From positions 85,598,520 to 85,662,519 of the forward strand of contig NC_052159.1 in assembly GCF_902713615.1 (NCBI RefSeq): 64,000 nt of DNA, given 5' to 3'. Position numbers and translations under genes: made by a program. Position 1 is the stretch's first letter. The number at the start of each line of letters is the position of its first letter. Shown here piece by piece: positions 61,731 to 64,000 of the stretch. Below the pieces are notes generated by a model that made no database searches, had not been told where the DNA came from, and saw nothing but the letters and a program-made list of their open reading frames with translations. The stretch is from Scyliorhinus canicula (lineage: Eukaryota).

Positions 61731-62764
61731 GACATTTGGAGCCAGAACTCACAAATGCACAGTCACTCGCACACTAGCATAATGTGACCCTCCCACTTTG
61801 AGATGTTTTGAGAGTAAATATTTCTGAAACTGTAGATTAGTTGAAGGTGTGTTAGGAGTGAGGGCCGAGCATCTGCTCTGTCATAAGCCCTTCAGTTAAT
61901 TGTTTTGCTGGCGTAAGAAGCTGCAAGGAAAACCTTTAAAATTGATCTTAATAATCAGAGCAAAAGAAGCTAATTAGGTCAGAAACTGCAAGATTGCCAA
62001 GATCTTTCTGTAAAATAGATTAGATATTACAGAAATGCTGGCATATGTGTGTCATGCCTTTATTTCAATTTTGCCTTCCTCTCGTGCGATTCCTGGACCA
62101 CTTTGCCAAATGGCAAAAGTTTATTAGCATTCCTCCCATTTGCCAAAATAAATAGTCCTTGCAAATTTTCTCAAGTTATATCAGTTTAAGTTTGATTGTT
62201 GTAGCCACTTTGACTTTTAAATAATGGTGCAGGTTGTGGCCTACTATGTTTCACAGAAGGAAAATACAAGTGTATCGAAAGGATGGCTTGCTGAGCACCC
62301 AAGATTAGCCATCTACCAAAAAAACAAGTGTAATGTGTTTATGGATTGTCAAGACAAGCTACTAAATTTCTCTCATTTCCAGTCCATGTGAAAACATCCT
62401 CAAAGCTAGTTGACAGCTAAACTGTCCCAGTTTCCTTTTTAAACTTGCAATATACAATATTGGATGCTGCACCTGGTTTCAAAGTTTGTATTTTTGAGTT
62501 AGACCTGAACTGAAAGGGAAAGACAGGAGATGCCCCCTTTGTTATGGCACTAGCTGCTGTATAGTAAGTCTAAAGGTCTAGTGTGAATACAATATATTTG
62601 AAAGCACAGCCTTTAAAGTAACAGGTGTTCTGAAGCCTTTATGTGAATAACTGGCCAAAAGAGCAATATTTCTCTAAAACTAATCTTCAGTGGGCTACAC
62701 ACAGCTAACGCCAAAGTCAAAATGTTTAAAAAAAGGTACCATTGATGAAAAGTTTAAGTTTAAA

Positions 62765-62974
62765 AAAATTTTTTTTTAGAGTACCCAATAATTTTTTCTT
62801 CCAGTTAAGGGCCAATCCGCCTACCCTGCGCATCTTTGGGTTGTGGGGGTGAAACCCACTCAGACACGGGGAGAATGTGCAAACTCCACACGGACAGTGA
62901 CCCAGGGCCGGGATCGAACCCGGGTCCTCAGCACCGTAGGCTGCAGTGCTAAGCACTGGGCCATCATGCTGCCC
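62765..62974 (-). mobile_element. Short-tail V-SINE
   Basis: Reverse head and V-domain. Confidence 0.88.
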
Positions 62975-63624
62975 CTTGATAAAAGGTTTAAGGATTTCCC
63001 TTATGAACAGAACCTTTTGCTATGGTATGGTTGTATTAATGCCTTGTACTTTATCCATTTTGAATGTGTGATCGTAATCTTTGTTAGGCTGTTTCAACAT
63101 GTGAGGCATCAGAACTGAGCCCAGTCTGTTGGAAAGCTTGTCGATTGATAACTATTTTCTGGTTGGAGCTTCAGCCAAGTAATAAAGAATAGGAACCTTG
63201 GCTAATATTCCCTGACCCCTACGTAATCCAATTTCCAATTTAATTGTTGCCTTGTTTGTGATGAGCTAATTTATCAGGAACTAGAAATCAGACACCTAAA
63301 CCAAAGGCATGATCACCATTTTATCTACTAAACCTCTGGTTACTTGCAGTCAACTTATAACTGTTACTCTTTGCATGAAATATAGTAAATCAAACTAAGC
63401 CAACAGAGATCCAATGTTGTGTAACTATCCTAATCAATCTAACATAGCATGTATAATTTTAATCTTCAGGTAAAGCAAGATTTGATGATGGAGAATTTAG
63501 TGGACCATTTCACTTCGGGCTCCCTTTTGAAATCATTAATGCTGTCCTTATTTTTTTATAAAATGCTTTTATTTATTATAAAATGGCAACACTTGTAGTT
63601 TTGGAAACAGAATTAATTGAATTG

Positions 63625-63890
63625 AATCTCTGCAGTGCAGAAGGAGACCATTCGGCCCACTGAGTCTGCACCCACCTAGGCCCTATCCCCGTGGCCCCAC
63701 CTAACCTGTACAATCCTGGACACTAAGGAGCAATTTTATCATGGCCAATCCACCTAACGTGCACATCTTTAGGAAACCCACGCAGACACGGGGAGAAAGT
63801 GCAAACTTCAAACAAACAGTTGCCCAAGGCTGGAATTGAACCTGGTGCTGTGAGGCAACAGTGCTAACCATTGTGCTAGCATGCTGCCCC
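63625..63890 (-). mobile_element. HE1-like V-SINE (internally deleted)
   Basis: Reverse head, partial V-domain and CR1-type tail. Confidence 0.8.
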
Positions 63891-64000
63891 TACTGTAGTG
63901 GAGCATTATCCCCACACTACATATTGAGGAGCAGGAATGTAAAAGTCAGGTTTGACAGCACCAGTGGTGGGATGGAATTACAGTGTGGCAAGTTTGCATT

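Noticed and set aside
62270-62300. aaggatggcttg resembling the next TMEM135 exon (KDGL)
   Set aside because: The flanking codons do not give CKDGLKGFTFSALR and there are no fitting splice sites.
1-64000. Prokaryotic-type systems (CRISPR arrays, operons, rRNA)
   Set aside because: There is no regularly spaced repeat-spacer array, no gene-dense region and no rRNA similarity; the sequence is vertebrate intronic DNA.

Overview
Eukaryotic, repeat-dense genomic DNA, almost certainly from an elasmobranch (shark), judged from its HE1/V-SINE, DeuSINE and CR1/HER1-type repeats. The only host coding sequence I found is a 47-bp internal exon (35750-35796, +) reading VLLFCFTAALYMFFF(R). It matches vertebrate TMEM135, so the window is essentially two very large TMEM135 introns. 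The rest is nested mobile DNA: about 30 tRNA-headed V-SINEs with three different tails, DeuSINEs, CR1, L2, Rex1/Babar and L1/Tx1 LINE fragments, two Gmr1-type Gypsy elements (integrase before RT), a non-autonomous Gypsy, several solo LTRs, PIF/Harbinger elements and Penelope-type fragments carrying hammerhead ribozyme motifs. Almost all ORFs in the supplied track are repeat-derived or spurious. Top leads: (1) an ORF1-less APE-RT LINE with a tRNA-like A/B-box head whose sense strand nearly lacks TTTT Pol III terminators, i.e. a candidate Pol III-transcribed protein-coding retrotransposon; (2) a retroelement inserted twice, independently, at the same nucleotide of the V-SINE core, i.e. a candidate SINE-targeting site-specific retrotransposon; (3) minimal hammerhead ribozymes, including a family-wide U3-A8 compensated core; (4) repeated capture of local DNA at retroposon 5' junctions; (5) a candidate recursive splice site 72 nt upstream of the TMEM135 exon. 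Family names come from motif recognition, not database searches, and ends of old repeats are approximate.
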